Source: an uncultured Marinoscillum sp. (GTDB taxonomy: Bacteria; Bacteroidota; Bacteroidia; Cytophagales; MED-G16). Taken from it: 64,000 nucleotides of DNA. This document shows positions 9,135 to 20,182 of this stretch, piece by piece. Each line of letters starts with the position of its first letter. Position 1 is the first letter of the stretch. The stretch covers positions 97,072-161,071 of the forward strand of contig CAZGPH010000002.1 in assembly GCA_964527965.1 (NCBI GenBank), read 5' to 3'. The position numbers were made by a program, and so were the translations under genes. The notes beneath the pieces were generated by a model. The model was given only the letters and a program-made list of their open reading frames with translations. It ran no database searches and was not told the DNA's origin.

Positions 9135-12092
9135 ATGGAATTTAAAAAATTAAATAACTATAGTGGTTGGCTAACATTTTTAATAGCTCTAATTGTTTAT
9201 TCCATTACAGTAGAAGATACTGCTAGCTTCTGGGATGCAGGAGAATTTATTGCAGTATCAAATAAGTTAGAAGTTCCACATCCACCAGGAGCTCCTTTTT
9301 ATCTATTATTAGGAAGGTTTTTCTCTCTTTTTGCTTTTGAAAATCTTGAAAAAATAGCTTTAGCAATAAATTTCCTAAGTGTTATATCTAGTGCATTTAC
9401 TGTATTATTTCTTTTTTGGACAATAACTCATCTGACATCAAAGATTATAAAAACAAATAATATTAATAATATACTATTGGTTTTACTTTCAGGGCTTACA
9501 GGAGCTCTATCCTTTACATTTACGGACTCTTTTTGGTTTTCAGCTGTTGAGGCTGAAGTATATGCTATGTCTTCTTTCTTTACTGCATTTGTTTTTTGGG
9601 CAATATTAAGATGGGAAAACTCAAAAAATATTTCAAGTCAAAACCGCTGGATAATATTAATAGCTTATATGATGGGATTATCCATCGGTGTTCATCTCCT
9701 TAATTTAGTTGCAATTCCTGCATTAGCATTAATTATGTATTTTAAGAAGTCTGAAAAAGTTTCTTTTTTTGGAGTTACTTCATCACTTATCTTAGGGTTA
9801 TTAGTTGTAGGAATTATAGTTGAAGGAATAATACCAGGATTACCTTCAATTGCAAGTTTTGTTGAAAGGCTTTTCGTAAACTCCTTTAGTTTACCTTTTG
9901 GGTCTGGTATTATTTTCTTTATAGTAATTTTTATTTCTTCTCTAATTTATCTTATCTGGTATTCTCATAAAAAAGAAAAAATAGTTTTAAATACCTCATT
10001 ATTAGCATTTACATTTATCTTAATAGGTTATTCATCATACTCACTTGTTTTAATTAGATCAAATTATAATCCCCCTATAGATGAAAATAATCCTGAAAAT
10101 ATTCTAAATTTTATCTCTTACCTCAAAAGAGAACAATATGGATCTAGACCTCTAGTTAAAGGACAATATTTCGATGCAGAAGTAATAAAACAAGAAGAAA
10201 GCGGTATAAACTATAAAAAAGGTGAAGAAAAATATGAAGTTAAAGAAAAAAAATTCAGGTATGTTTTTGATCCTAAAAGATCTACAATATTTCCAAGAAT
10301 GTACAGTAATTCTCCAAATCATATACAGAGATACAGAGAAATAACGAATCTTAGTAAAAATGAAAAACCAACATTTTCTGATAATTTAGAATTTTTCTTT
10401 AAATACCAGATTGGACACATGTACCTAAGATATTTCATGTGGAATTTTTCTGGAAGATCTTCAGATATTCAAAATGCTAATTGGTTAGGGTTACAAAATG
10501 TTTTTGATGAAGTACCATATCAATTAGAAATGAATAAAGCTAGAAATAATTATTTAATGATTCCTCTTCTTCTTGGAATATTAGGTTTATTATTTCAATA
10601 CTACAGAGATAACAAAAACTTTTATGTTGTTATGCTTCTATTTATTTTAACTGGAGTAGCATTAGTAGTTTACCTTAACAGTCCCCCTACAGAGCCAAGA
10701 GAAAGAGATTATATCTATGCAGGATCGTACTATGCCTTTTCTATTTGGATAGGATATGGATCACTCTTTATTTTTTCAACATTTAGCAGATTAATTACTA
10801 ATAAAAATATATCGATTGCTTTAACTGCCTTAGTATCGTTATCTTCTCCAATTATTTTAGCTAAAGAAAATTGGGATGATCACGATAGATCTGATAGATT
10901 CTTAACTGTGGATTCAGCTAAAAACTTATTAGATTCTTGTGCTCCTAACTCAATTTTATTCACTGGTGGAGATAATGATACATTCCCGCTATGGTATGTA
11001 CAGGAAGTTGAAAACTTCAGAACAGATGTCAGAGTAATAGTATTAAGCTATTTTAATACTGACTGGTACATTGAACAAATGATGTCAAAGAAGAATGATT
11101 CTGAAAAAATTAATTTTTCTATATCTCTTGATAATTATATTCAGGGAGGCTTAAATGATTATTTACCTTATGTAAATAATCCTAAAATTCAAAATGTAGC
11201 AATTAATCTTAAAGGCTACATAAACTTAGTTAAGAGGAATAGCAAAGCTATTCAAGTAGCAACATCAGCAAGTAACTACAACTCTATTCCATCAAAATCA
11301 TTTTGGTTATCCATTGGTAATACTGAAAAATTAATACCTCAAAAATTAAATAAAATTAAACAAGACACACTTTTCATAAGTCTAAAAAGTAACAAAAGTG
11401 GACTAGAAAAAAAAGATTTAGCATTTTTAGATTTATTACAAGCTAATAATTGGGAAAGACCCATTTATTTTAATAATACTTCATTAAATGGAATAAATTT
11501 AGATCTAAAAAGAAATGTTGTACAAGAAGGTTTTGCGTACAGGTTATTTCCTGTTTTAAATCCTAATTCAGGGAGTATCATAAACACTGAATTAATGTAT
11601 TCAAATATTATTAATAAGTCATATTGGAGAGAACTAAACAACCCAAATGCTTACTTCTCAGAAGATCATAGAGGATTTATAATGAATTATAGATCTACAT
11701 TTAATACATTAATTAAAAGTTTAATTTCTAATAAACAATATGATAGGGCACTTGAAGTTATAAAAAAATCAATAGAATTAATTCCAGATGAGGCTATAAT
11801 GTATGATCATTTCTCAGTTCAATTAGTTGACTTTTTAATAGATTTAGAAATTAAAGCAAATTTTGATACAGAAAGTTTAGCAAATGAAATAGCTGAAATT
11901 ATTAGCCAAAGGTCTGATGAACTATTAAATTATTATTTTGATAATAAGATTAATGATAAGTATGAAATTCAGAAGAATTTAGTATCTCTAAACACTCTTG
12001 CAAGAGCATATAATAAAAAGCCTAGTTCAGAATTAGCAAAAAAATATAGAGATTTATTTGAAAATAATTATTCTAGAAGTTCAGTAAATTAA
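9135..12092 (+). CDS. DUF2723-type polytopic membrane protein (glycosyltransferase-C-like, protein O-mannosyltransferase-related) with C-terminal TPR-like domain
   Basis: About 985 aa. The N-terminus WDAGEFIAVSNKLEVPHPPGAPFY plus many TM helices matches what I recall of the DUF2723/TMEM260-like family. I prefer the ATG at 9135 over the TTG at 9126. Confidence 0.7.
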   Translation: MEFKKLNNYSGWLTFLIALIVYSITVEDTASFWDAGEFIAVSNKLEVPHPPGAPFYLLLGRFFSLFAFENLEKIALAINFLSVISSAFTVLFLFWTITHLTSKIIKTNNINNILLVLLSGLTGALSFTFTDSFWFSAVEAEVYAMSSFFTAFVFWAILRWENSKNISSQNRWIILIAYMMGLSIGVHLLNLVAIPALALIMYFKKSEKVSFFGVTSSLILGLLVVGIIVEGIIPGLPSIASFVERLFVNSFSLPFGSGIIFFIVIFISSLIYLIWYSHKKEKIVLNTSLLAFTFILIGYSSYSLVLIRSNYNPPIDENNPENILNFISYLKREQYGSRPLVKGQYFDAEVIKQEESGINYKKGEEKYEVKEKKFRYVFDPKRSTIFPRMYSNSPNHIQRYREITNLSKNEKPTFSDNLEFFFKYQIGHMYLRYFMWNFSGRSSDIQNANWLGLQNVFDEVPYQLEMNKARNNYLMIPLLLGILGLLFQYYRDNKNFYVVMLLFILTGVALVVYLNSPPTEPRERDYIYAGSYYAFSIWIGYGSLFIFSTFSRLITNKNISIALTALVSLSSPIILAKENWDDHDRSDRFLTVDSAKNLLDSCAPNSILFTGGDNDTFPLWYVQEVENFRTDVRVIVLSYFNTDWYIEQMMSKKNDSEKINFSISLDNYIQGGLNDYLPYVNNPKIQNVAINLKGYINLVKRNSKAIQVATSASNYNSIPSKSFWLSIGNTEKLIPQKLNKIKQDTLFISLKSNKSGLEKKDLAFLDLLQANNWERPIYFNNTSLNGINLDLKRNVVQEGFAYRLFPVLNPNSGSIINTELMYSNIINKSYWRELNNPNAYFSEDHRGFIMNYRSTFNTLIKSLISNKQYDRALEVIKKSIELIPDEAIMYDHFSVQLVDFLIDLEIKANFDTESLANEIAEIISQRSDELLNYYFDNKINDKYEIQKNLVSLNTLARAYNKKPSSELAKKYRDLFENNYSRSSVN

Positions 12093-12412
12093 TTTTTGGA
12101 AAATTTAATAATTTCTCTTTTGTCAAGAATTTTATTATCAAGAATTAAGAAATAATATCCATTATTAAACTCTTCAAGAAATATTCTTAACTCATTATCA
12201 GATATAATTTCCTTATTAAAATTCATTTGATTACCAATTAATGAATGAATAGAAAGATCATAATCATCTGTCTTAAAATTTGCATTAAGTTTTAAATTTA
12301 TATATTCAGATGCTGGATTAGGATAAAGTTCAATACTTCTTTTCTCATTAATTTCTTGTGAAAAAACAGGTGTCGATATTAAGAATAAAACAAATATTAA
12401 TAATCTATTCAT
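12089..12412 (-). CDS. small secreted protein consisting of signal peptide + T9SS type-A C-terminal sorting domain
   Basis: 107 aa. Signal peptide MNRLLIFVLFLISTPVFSQ. IELYPNPASEYINLKL...GYYFLIL is the Por/T9SS CTD pattern. Confidence 0.7.
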   Translation of the reverse strand: MNRLLIFVLFLISTPVFSQEINEKRSIELYPNPASEYINLKLNANFKTDDYDLSIHSLIGNQMNFNKEIISDNELRIFLEEFNNGYYFLILDNKILDKREIIKFSKN

Positions 12413-12466
12413 ACTTAAAATAAATTAAATTTAATGAGTAATCAAAAAGTATTTTATTAAGAAAAG

Positions 12467-13531
12467 TTAAAAATAGCCCCTAATTCTCTCAGAAATCCAA
12501 TTCCCAACTTCATTTGTTGAATAATATTTTTTTTGATTTATATCTTGAGTCACAAAACCATTATTAAGCGCTTCCTCTACAGATTTAATAATTATTTCTG
12601 ATTCTTTTTTCATATTAAATGATAAGTCTAACATTAAAGCTGTAGATAAAATCATTGCCATAGGATTTGCTATATTTTTTCCAGCCGCATCAGGATAAGA
12701 ACCATGTATTGGCTCAAATAAAGATACTTTATCCCCTATCGAAGCTGAAGGAAGCATACCTAATGAACCAGTTATTACTGATGCTTCATCAGTAATAATA
12801 TCTCCAAACATATTTTCTGTAAGTATCACATCAAAATCTTTTGGATTAGTAATGATTTTCATAGCAGCATTGTCTATAAATAGATATGTGACTTTTACAT
12901 CAATATATTTCTTAGATATTTCTTGGACTATCTCTCTCCATAACCTAGATGTATCTAAAACATTTGCCTTATCTACCAATGTTAATTGCTTTTTTCTTTT
13001 AAGCGCTTCTTTAAAAGCCAAATGAGAAATTCGTTCAATTTCTTTTGAAGTATATGAACAAGTATCAAATGCAGATTTTCTATCATTAGAAATTGCTTTA
13101 TTACCAAAATAAATACCTCCAGTTAATTCTCTATAAACCACAAAATCTGTTCCTGAAATAATATCTTTTTTTAATGGAGATGCCTCTATGAGAGATTCAT
13201 AAGTTTTCACAGGTCTTACATTAGCATAAAGCCCTAAAAATTTCCTCATTTCCAAAAGGCCATCCTCTGGTCTCATTTTTGCCTTAGGATTATTATCATA
13301 TTTTGGATCACCAATAGCTCCAAATAAAATTGCATCAGAATCCTTGCAGTTTTTTTTAGTTGAATCAGGAAACGGATGACCTTCAGCATCAATAGCTGCT
13401 GCACCCACTAAACCTTTATCATAATGAAATTTAATATTTGTTTTATCAGAAATAATATCTAATATCTTAAGGGCTTCCTGCATTACCTCAGGCCCAATAC
13501 CATCACCTTCTAAAACAGCAATCTTTTTCAT
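12467..13531 (-). CDS. leuB: 3-isopropylmalate dehydrogenase
   Basis: 354 aa. KIAVLEGDGIGPEV, the NMFGDIITDEAS...GSLGMLPSAS signature and leu-operon context. Confidence 0.95.
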   Translation of the reverse strand: MKKIAVLEGDGIGPEVMQEALKILDIISDKTNIKFHYDKGLVGAAAIDAEGHPFPDSTKKNCKDSDAILFGAIGDPKYDNNPKAKMRPEDGLLEMRKFLGLYANVRPVKTYESLIEASPLKKDIISGTDFVVYRELTGGIYFGNKAISNDRKSAFDTCSYTSKEIERISHLAFKEALKRKKQLTLVDKANVLDTSRLWREIVQEISKKYIDVKVTYLFIDNAAMKIITNPKDFDVILTENMFGDIITDEASVITGSLGMLPSASIGDKVSLFEPIHGSYPDAAGKNIANPMAMILSTALMLDLSFNMKKESEIIIKSVEEALNNGFVTQDINQKKYYSTNEVGNWISERIRGYF

Positions 13532-14115
13532 GGTTTACTTTCTTCAAATTTTAGAATTTTATCTTTTATATTTAATAAGTAATCAATATTATCAAATCCA
13601 TTAATCAAACAGGTTTTATTATATTCATTTATTTCAAATCTTTCATCAAAAAAACCATCTTCAGAAAAAAATCTTTGTTCTTCCAAATCAACAGAAAATG
13701 AAGAATGAATATCATCTGATATTTTTTTGAAAATCTCATCAATTGTTTTTTGATCAAATTGTATAACTAGTAAACCATTATTAAGAGCATTGCTTTTAAA
13801 AATATCAGCGAAAAAACTACTCAAAACAACCCTAAATCCATAATCATAAATAGCCCATGCTGCATGTTCTCTACTTGAACCACATCCAAAATTTCTTCCT
13901 GCAAGAAGAATTTTAGAATCATTCTTAATTTTATTTAAATTAAAATCTTCAATTAAATTTTGATTATTATCATATCTCCAATCTCTAAATAAATTATCAC
14001 CAAAACCATCTCTTGTTACTGCTTTTAAAAATCTAGCAGGAATTATTTGATCAGTATCTATATTCTCAATATTTAGAGGCATTATGGTAGAATCAAGTTT
14101 TTTAAATTTATCCAT
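13528..14115 (-). CDS. leuD: 3-isopropylmalate dehydratase small subunit
   Basis: 195 aa. DTDQIIPARFL...GRNFGCGSSREHA motif. Overlaps leuB by 4 nt. Confidence 0.9.
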   Translation of the reverse strand: MDKFKKLDSTIMPLNIENIDTDQIIPARFLKAVTRDGFGDNLFRDWRYDNNQNLIEDFNLNKIKNDSKILLAGRNFGCGSSREHAAWAIYDYGFRVVLSSFFADIFKSNALNNGLLVIQFDQKTIDEIFKKISDDIHSSFSVDLEEQRFFSEDGFFDERFEINEYNKTCLINGFDNIDYLLNIKDKILKFEESKP

Positions 14116-14116
14116 A

Positions 14117-15508
14117 TTAATTATTATCTCTTATATCAGTTACATAACCCTTTACAGCTGATAATGCAGCAGTAGCTGGACTTGCTAAAAAAGTTCTTGA
14201 ACCAGGACCTTGCCTTCCCTCAAAGTTTCTATTTGATGTAGAAACACAATATTTTCCTTTTGGTATCTTATCTTCATTCATAGCAAGACAAGCTGAGCAA
14301 CCAGGCTGTCTGAAATCAAAGCCTGCATTTCTAAAAATTATATCTAAACCTTCTTCAATTGCAATTTTTTCAACAGATTTTGATCCAGGAATTACCCAAG
14401 CATTAACATGATCAGATTTCTTTTTTCCATTAATAATATTGGAGGCAATTCTTAAATCTTCTATTCTAGAATTAGTACAAGAACCAATAAAAACATAATC
14501 TATTTTTTTATCAACTAATCTCTCCCCTGACTTTAAATTCATATAATTTAATGATTTGATAAATGATTCATCTGATGTATTTATTGCTTTATCTGGAATA
14601 GGATCTTTAATTTTAATACCCATACCAGGATTAGTACCATATGTTATCATTGGCTCAATATCTTTGGCATCAAACTTTATAACTTTATCATATTCTGCAT
14701 CTTTATCAGATCTTAAATTTCTCCATTTTTCAACTTCAATTTCAAATTTTTCTTCTTTTGGTGAAAATTTCTTACCCTTAAGATATTCAAATGTCACATC
14801 ATCTGGGGCTATCATTCCACCTCTAGCTCCCATTTCTATACTCATATTACAGATTGTCATTCTAGATTCCATTGAGAGAGAACGAATAGCAGATCCTGAA
14901 TACTCAACAAAATAACCTGTCCCCCCAGAAGCAGTAATTTTAGAAATTATATATAATATTATATCCTTTGAATAAACACCTTCACTTAACTCACCATTTA
15001 TTTCTATAAGCATTGTTTTAGGTTTATTTTGAAGTAAACATTGAGTAGAAAGAACCATCTCAACTTCACTTGTCCCAATTCCGAATGCAATAGAACCAAA
15101 AGCTCCATGTGTAGAAGTATGACTATCTCCACAAACTATAGTCATTCCAGGTTGAGTAATTCCTAATTCTGGGCCAATTACATGAACAATACCCTGATAC
15201 TTATGCCCTAAACCATATAAATCAATTCCATGTTCATTACAATTTTTATTTAATGTATCAACTTGATTTCGAGATAATGCTTCTTTAATAGGTAAATGCT
15301 GATCTATAGTAGGAACATTATGGTCAGCAGTGGCAACAGTTTTGTCTGGTCTAAAAACTTTTAACCCTCTTTTATTCAAACCTGCAAATGCCTGAGGACT
15401 AGTAACTTCATGAATTAGATGTTTGTCTATATAGAGAATGCTAGGTCCATTGGGAATAGAATCAACCAAATGATTATCCCAAACTTTTTCAAAAAGGGTT
15501 TTTCCCAT
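14117..15508 (-). CDS. leuC: 3-isopropylmalate dehydratase large subunit
   Basis: 463 aa. Aconitase-family motifs [25 protein letters not shown] and the Fe-S cysteines (CSACLAMN). Confidence 0.95.
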   Translation of the reverse strand: MGKTLFEKVWDNHLVDSIPNGPSILYIDKHLIHEVTSPQAFAGLNKRGLKVFRPDKTVATADHNVPTIDQHLPIKEALSRNQVDTLNKNCNEHGIDLYGLGHKYQGIVHVIGPELGITQPGMTIVCGDSHTSTHGAFGSIAFGIGTSEVEMVLSTQCLLQNKPKTMLIEINGELSEGVYSKDIILYIISKITASGGTGYFVEYSGSAIRSLSMESRMTICNMSIEMGARGGMIAPDDVTFEYLKGKKFSPKEEKFEIEVEKWRNLRSDKDAEYDKVIKFDAKDIEPMITYGTNPGMGIKIKDPIPDKAINTSDESFIKSLNYMNLKSGERLVDKKIDYVFIGSCTNSRIEDLRIASNIINGKKKSDHVNAWVIPGSKSVEKIAIEEGLDIIFRNAGFDFRQPGCSACLAMNEDKIPKGKYCVSTSNRNFEGRQGPGSRTFLASPATAALSAVKGYVTDIRDNN

Positions 15509-16659
15509 TATTTATATTTTTTCATTAGCTCGTAAAGATCTTCATCATGAAGAAGTTTTTTTTCATCAGCCATTTCAATAAAATTAATATAAATAGTTTC
15601 TAATTCTACTTTAGAAAAGCTAAAACCGAGTAACTCAAGTCTGTGTTTTAAAGCTGCTCTTCCACTTCTAGCAGTTAAATCAATTGATGAAGCTTTTAAG
15701 CCAACATCTTCAGGATTAATAATCTCGTAATTATCTCTATTCTTCAAAAACCCATCTTGATGGATTCCAGATGAATGTGCAAATGCATTTGCTCCTACAA
15801 TTGCTTTATTTCTTTGAATAGGCATATTCATCAATCTACTGACCTTTTTACTAATTGGTACTATTTTTTTTGAATCAATATTTGTATCGAGATTTAGATC
15901 TGGATGTGATTTTAATGCCATAACAACCTCCTCAAGAGATGTATTTCCTGCTCTTTCCCCAATTCCATTAATAGTAGCCTCAAATTGTCTGGCACCATTT
16001 TGAAGGCCGGCAATTGAGTTTGCTGTAGCAAGACCTAGGTCATTGTGACAATGTACAGATATAATTGCTTTATCAATATTAGGAACATTATTCATTAAGT
16101 ATTTTATTTTTTTTCCATACATCTCTGGTAAATTATAACCAGTAGTGTCAGCAATATTTATTACAGTTGCTCCTGCTTTTATAACTTCCTCAACCATTTT
16201 ACACAAAAAATCTTGATCTGCTCTTCCTGCATCTTCTGGATAGAATTCTACATCCTCGAAAAACTTTTTTGAATATTTAACAGCTGCAACAGCTTGTTCT
16301 AATATCTTTTCTCTCGTTGAATTAAATTTATGTTTTATGTGAATATCTGATGATCCAATTCCTGTATGAATTCTTTTTCTTTTAGCATTTTTTAATGCTA
16401 AATTAACCATATCTATATCAGAAATAACAGCTCTAGATAAAGCACATATTATTGGTTTTTTGACCACTTTAGAAATTTCAGAAACAGAATTGAAATCTCC
16501 AGGACTTGAAATAGGAAAACCAGCTTCAATAATATCTACTCCTAAAGACTCCAAATCAAGAGCAATCTCTATTTTTTCTTTAGTATTAAGTTGACACCCA
16601 GGAACTTGTTCACCATCTCTTAATGTTGTATCAAATACGTAAACTTTATCTTTTGACAT
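15508..16659 (-). CDS. leuA: 2-isopropylmalate synthase, short form (catalytic TIM barrel only; no C-terminal LeuA regulatory domain)
   Basis: 383 aa. [10 protein letters not shown] and [12 protein letters not shown] motifs of the HMGL-like/DRE-TIM family. The gene ends 1 nt into the leuC start, so no regulatory domain can be encoded here. Confidence 0.8.
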   Translation of the reverse strand: MSKDKVYVFDTTLRDGEQVPGCQLNTKEKIEIALDLESLGVDIIEAGFPISSPGDFNSVSEISKVVKKPIICALSRAVISDIDMVNLALKNAKRKRIHTGIGSSDIHIKHKFNSTREKILEQAVAAVKYSKKFFEDVEFYPEDAGRADQDFLCKMVEEVIKAGATVINIADTTGYNLPEMYGKKIKYLMNNVPNIDKAIISVHCHNDLGLATANSIAGLQNGARQFEATINGIGERAGNTSLEEVVMALKSHPDLNLDTNIDSKKIVPISKKVSRLMNMPIQRNKAIVGANAFAHSSGIHQDGFLKNRDNYEIINPEDVGLKASSIDLTARSGRAALKHRLELLGFSFSKVELETIYINFIEMADEKKLLHDEDLYELMKKYK

Positions 16660-16670
16660 TAATTAAATAA

Positions 16671-17897
16671 TTACATGTTATTCACAATCTCTTGACCAAA
16701 GTCAGAACAAGACAAAAGAGTAGCATTATCCATTAATCTTTCAAAATCATATGTAACTTTTCCTGATTCTATTGATTTTGTTAAACCTTTATGTATAAGA
16801 TCCTTAGCCTCATTCCATCCTAAATGCTCTAACATCATTGCTCCTGATAAAATCACTGAGCCAGGATTTACTTTATCTTGTCCTGCATATTTTGGAGCTG
16901 TACCATGTGTAGCTTCAAAGATAGCATGTCCAGTTTGATAATTAATATTTGCTCCTGGTGCTATTCCAATACCACCAACAATGGCTGCCAATGCATCTGA
17001 AATATAATCACCGTTAAGATTCATTGTAGCAATGACTGAGTATTCTTTTGGTCTTAATAAAATTTGCTGAAGGAATGCGTCAGCAATCACATCTTTTATT
17101 ATTAACTGATTTGAACCATTCTTAATTACTTGCCATGGTCCCCCTTCATAATCAACAGCTCCAAACTCCTCTTTTGCAATCTTATATCCCCAATCTCTAA
17201 ATGCTCCTTCGGTATACTTCATTATATTTCCCTTGTGTACCAAAGTCACTGAGCTTCTATTTTGTTTTATTGCATAATTTATAGCAGACCTTACTAATCT
17301 ATAAGTTCCTTCAACAGATATTGGTTTAATACCTAATCCAACAGAATCAGGAAATCTTATTTTATCAAATCTCTCGGAAAAATTTTCTTTGAGTAGATCT
17401 TTAAGCTTTTTGTTATTATCACTTCCATTTTCAAATTCTATTCCTGCATAAATATCCTCAGTATTTTCTCTAAAAATAACCATATCGGTAGTAGAAGGGT
17501 TTTTAACAGGAGATGGAGTTCCGTTAAACCATCTTACAGGTCGTACACAAGCAAATAAATCTAACTTTTGTCTTAAAGCAACATTCAATGAAGTAATACC
17601 TCCTCCCACAGGTGTTGTTAAAGGACCTTTAATACCCACTAAATATTCATTAAATAGATCAAGTGTTTCTTGAGGTAACCATTCTCCAGTATTATTATAA
17701 GCTTTTTCACCTGCTAATACTTCTTTCCATATAATTTTCTTTGAACCTGAATAAGCTTTTTCAACCGCTGAATCCAAAACTAATTTACTAGCCGGCCAAA
17801 TATCTACCCCTATACCATCCCCCTCAATAAACGGTATTATTGGTTCATTAGGTACGATGAGGTTTCCATCTTTAAATTGTATTTTATTTCCTTCCAT
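16671..17897 (-). CDS. icd: NADP-dependent isocitrate dehydrogenase (homodimeric, E. coli Icd type)
   Basis: Near-colinear with the E. coli Icd motifs I recall ([48 protein letters not shown]). I prefer the ATG at 17897 (MEGNKIQ...) over the TTG at 17927. Confidence 0.9.
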   Translation of the reverse strand: MEGNKIQFKDGNLIVPNEPIIPFIEGDGIGVDIWPASKLVLDSAVEKAYSGSKKIIWKEVLAGEKAYNNTGEWLPQETLDLFNEYLVGIKGPLTTPVGGGITSLNVALRQKLDLFACVRPVRWFNGTPSPVKNPSTTDMVIFRENTEDIYAGIEFENGSDNNKKLKDLLKENFSERFDKIRFPDSVGLGIKPISVEGTYRLVRSAINYAIKQNRSSVTLVHKGNIMKYTEGAFRDWGYKIAKEEFGAVDYEGGPWQVIKNGSNQLIIKDVIADAFLQQILLRPKEYSVIATMNLNGDYISDALAAIVGGIGIAPGANINYQTGHAIFEATHGTAPKYAGQDKVNPGSVILSGAMMLEHLGWNEAKDLIHKGLTKSIESGKVTYDFERLMDNATLLSCSDFGQEIVNNM

Positions 17898-17975
17898 AAT
17901 CTGCTTTTTTTGATAAATAGAAAGCAATTATAGATATTTTTTATCTAAATGAATAGATAAAAATTAAATCATTTT

Positions 17976-18527
17976 TTACTTCCATTTTATATTACAACCC
18001 ATACTTGGAAATTGATTTATATCTACTTCTTTATTTTTTAATGTAGATTCAATTGCATTTCTTAAATCTTTACCATTAATCTCTTCGGAATTACCTGGTG
18101 AGGATGAATCTAATCTACCTCTATAAACCAATAAGTTTTTTGAATTATATAAGTAAAATTCAGGAGTACATTCAGCATGAAATAATTTTGCGATTTCTTG
18201 CGTTTCATCAAATAAATATGGAATAGAAATACCTAAATCGATAAATAGTCTTTTCATTTTTTTAGGAGAATCCTCAGGGTAATTTTCAATATCATTAGAA
18301 CTAATTGCAATAAATCTAAGCCTATCACTATAATCCATTATTATTTTTTTTAATTCATCATGATAATGAATTACATATGGACAATGATTACATATAATCA
18401 TTACTACAGTATTTTTTTCTGATTTAAGACTTTCAGTTGAATAATCTTTATCAGTTAAAACGTTTAATAATTTGAATTTAGGTAACTCTGTGTTGAGTGG
18501 TAACATTTGTGAATAAGTGAGAGCCAT
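17976..18527 (-). CDS. thioredoxin-fold thiol-disulfide oxidoreductase (AhpC/TSA-like)
   Basis: 183 aa. The CNHCPYV (CxxC) redox motif sits in a thioredoxin-fold context. Confidence 0.7.
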   Translation of the reverse strand: MALTYSQMLPLNTELPKFKLLNVLTDKDYSTESLKSEKNTVVMIICNHCPYVIHYHDELKKIIMDYSDRLRFIAISSNDIENYPEDSPKKMKRLFIDLGISIPYLFDETQEIAKLFHAECTPEFYLYNSKNLLVYRGRLDSSSPGNSEEINGKDLRNAIESTLKNKEVDINQFPSMGCNIKWK

Positions 18528-18592
18528 TATTTTTAATTGTAATTTTTAAATTTTATATTAAATAAATTTAGTACCAATTTTAACCTAATACA

Positions 18593-20176
18593 ATGAAAAA
18601 AACTATACTTATTCTTTTTATCACATTAAGTAATTATGTTTTTGGGCAAATTGAAAAAGCTCCAGAAAGATATAGAGGTGAAGGGCCTTTTAATCAATTA
18701 ATCATCAGAGGTGCAACATTAATAAATGGAAATGGTGCTCCTCCAACTGGGCCAGTCGATATAGTAATTGAAAAAAACATTATCAAAAGTATAAGAAATG
18801 TAGGGTATCCTGGTCTTGAGATAAAAGAAAGCAGAAGACCCATTGCAGAAAATGGAGCTAAAGAAATTGACGCACATGGCAAATATGTTTTGCCAGGACT
18901 TATTGATATGCATGGACATATTTCTTCACAAAGAGAAGGAACAGCTGAATACGTATTTAAACTTTGGATGGCTCATGGAATTACAACCATAAGAGACCCA
19001 TCATGTGGACAAGGACTAGATTGGGTTCTTAATCAAAAAGAAGAAAGTAAAAAAAATAATATAACTGCTCCAAGAATATTAGCTTATACTAGTTTTGGAC
19101 AGGGAGCAAAAAATGGAATAAACTCTCCTTCGGAAGCAATAGAATGGGTTAGAGAAAATGCAGATAGAGGAGCAGATGGTATTAAGTTTTTTGGTTCAAG
19201 ACCTGATATCTTTAGGGCAGCTCTCCAAGAAAACAAAAGACTAGGATTGAGATCTGCTTGTCATCATGCTCAAATGAATGTTGCAGAAATGAATGTTCTC
19301 GAAACTGCTAGAAATGGTCTTACAACAATGGAACACTGGTATGGTCTACCAGAAGCATTATTTGAAAATAAAACAGTTCAAAATTATCCTTTAGAATATA
19401 ATTATATGAATGAAGGGAATCGTTTCGAAGAGGCAGGAAAACTTTGGGAGCAAGCAGCCGAGCCCTATTCCAAAAAGTGGAATGATGTAATGAATGAGTT
19501 AATTTCTTTAGACTTTACTATAGATGTAACCTTTGTTCCTTATAGTGTATTTAGGGATGTTCAAAGAGCTAGTAGTCTTCCTTGGCACAAAGATTATACA
19601 AGACCAAAGCTTCTTAAGTTTTTCCTACCTGCAAGAGATTCTCATGCTGCTGCTTATTATGATTGGGGATCAGAACTTGAAACAGTATGGAAAGAAAATT
19701 ATAAAATATGGATGACTTTTATTAATGAATATAAAAACAGAGGAGGAAGAGTAACCGCTGGTGCAGATTCAGGTTATATGTACAATCTTTATGGGTTTGG
19801 ATATATTCAAGAATTAGAGTTACTAAGAGAGGCGGGTTTTCATCCAATGGAGGTAATAAGATCAGCTACTCTACATGCTGCAGAAGCTATTGGAATGGAA
19901 GGTAAAATTGGTACTATAGAAACTGGAAAATTTGCTGATCTTATTATTATGGATCAGAATCCATTAAAGAATCTTAAATATCTATATGCAACAGGTGATA
20001 TAAAATTAGAGGGAAATGAAGTAATAAGGGTTGGAGGAGTATCAAAAACCATAAAAGATGGAATAATTTTTGATGCAAGAGAATTATTAGAAGACGTTAA
20101 GAAAATAGTTGATGAAGAAAAAAGAAATACACCAGGTTGGGAAAATCTATTATTTGAAAATATTCAAAGAAAATAG
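18593..20176 (+). CDS. exported amidohydrolase-family metallohydrolase
   Basis: 527 aa. Signal peptide MKKTILILFITLSNYVFGQ. GLIDMHGHI metal-binding motif and a C-terminal FADLIIMDQNPL motif typical of the amidohydrolase superfamily. Confidence 0.75.
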   Translation: MKKTILILFITLSNYVFGQIEKAPERYRGEGPFNQLIIRGATLINGNGAPPTGPVDIVIEKNIIKSIRNVGYPGLEIKESRRPIAENGAKEIDAHGKYVLPGLIDMHGHISSQREGTAEYVFKLWMAHGITTIRDPSCGQGLDWVLNQKEESKKNNITAPRILAYTSFGQGAKNGINSPSEAIEWVRENADRGADGIKFFGSRPDIFRAALQENKRLGLRSACHHAQMNVAEMNVLETARNGLTTMEHWYGLPEALFENKTVQNYPLEYNYMNEGNRFEEAGKLWEQAAEPYSKKWNDVMNELISLDFTIDVTFVPYSVFRDVQRASSLPWHKDYTRPKLLKFFLPARDSHAAAYYDWGSELETVWKENYKIWMTFINEYKNRGGRVTAGADSGYMYNLYGFGYIQELELLREAGFHPMEVIRSATLHAAEAIGMEGKIGTIETGKFADLIIMDQNPLKNLKYLYATGDIKLEGNEVIRVGGVSKTIKDGIIFDARELLEDVKKIVDEEKRNTPGWENLLFENIQRK

Positions 20177-20182
20177 AGTTAA

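Noticed and set aside
16671-17897. Possibility that the icd-like gene is a homoisocitrate or second isopropylmalate dehydrogenase belonging to the leu/lys pathway
   Set aside because: Its length (about 408-418 aa) and motifs track E. coli NADP-Icd closely ([35 protein letters not shown]). A separate canonical leuB is also present in the operon.
17935-17965. AT-only hairpin (TTTTTATCTA-AATGAA-TAGATAAAAA) between the thioredoxin-like gene and icd, considered as a terminator
   Set aside because: The stem is entirely A/T and has no clear trailing T-run on the transcribed strand. It is too weak to call.
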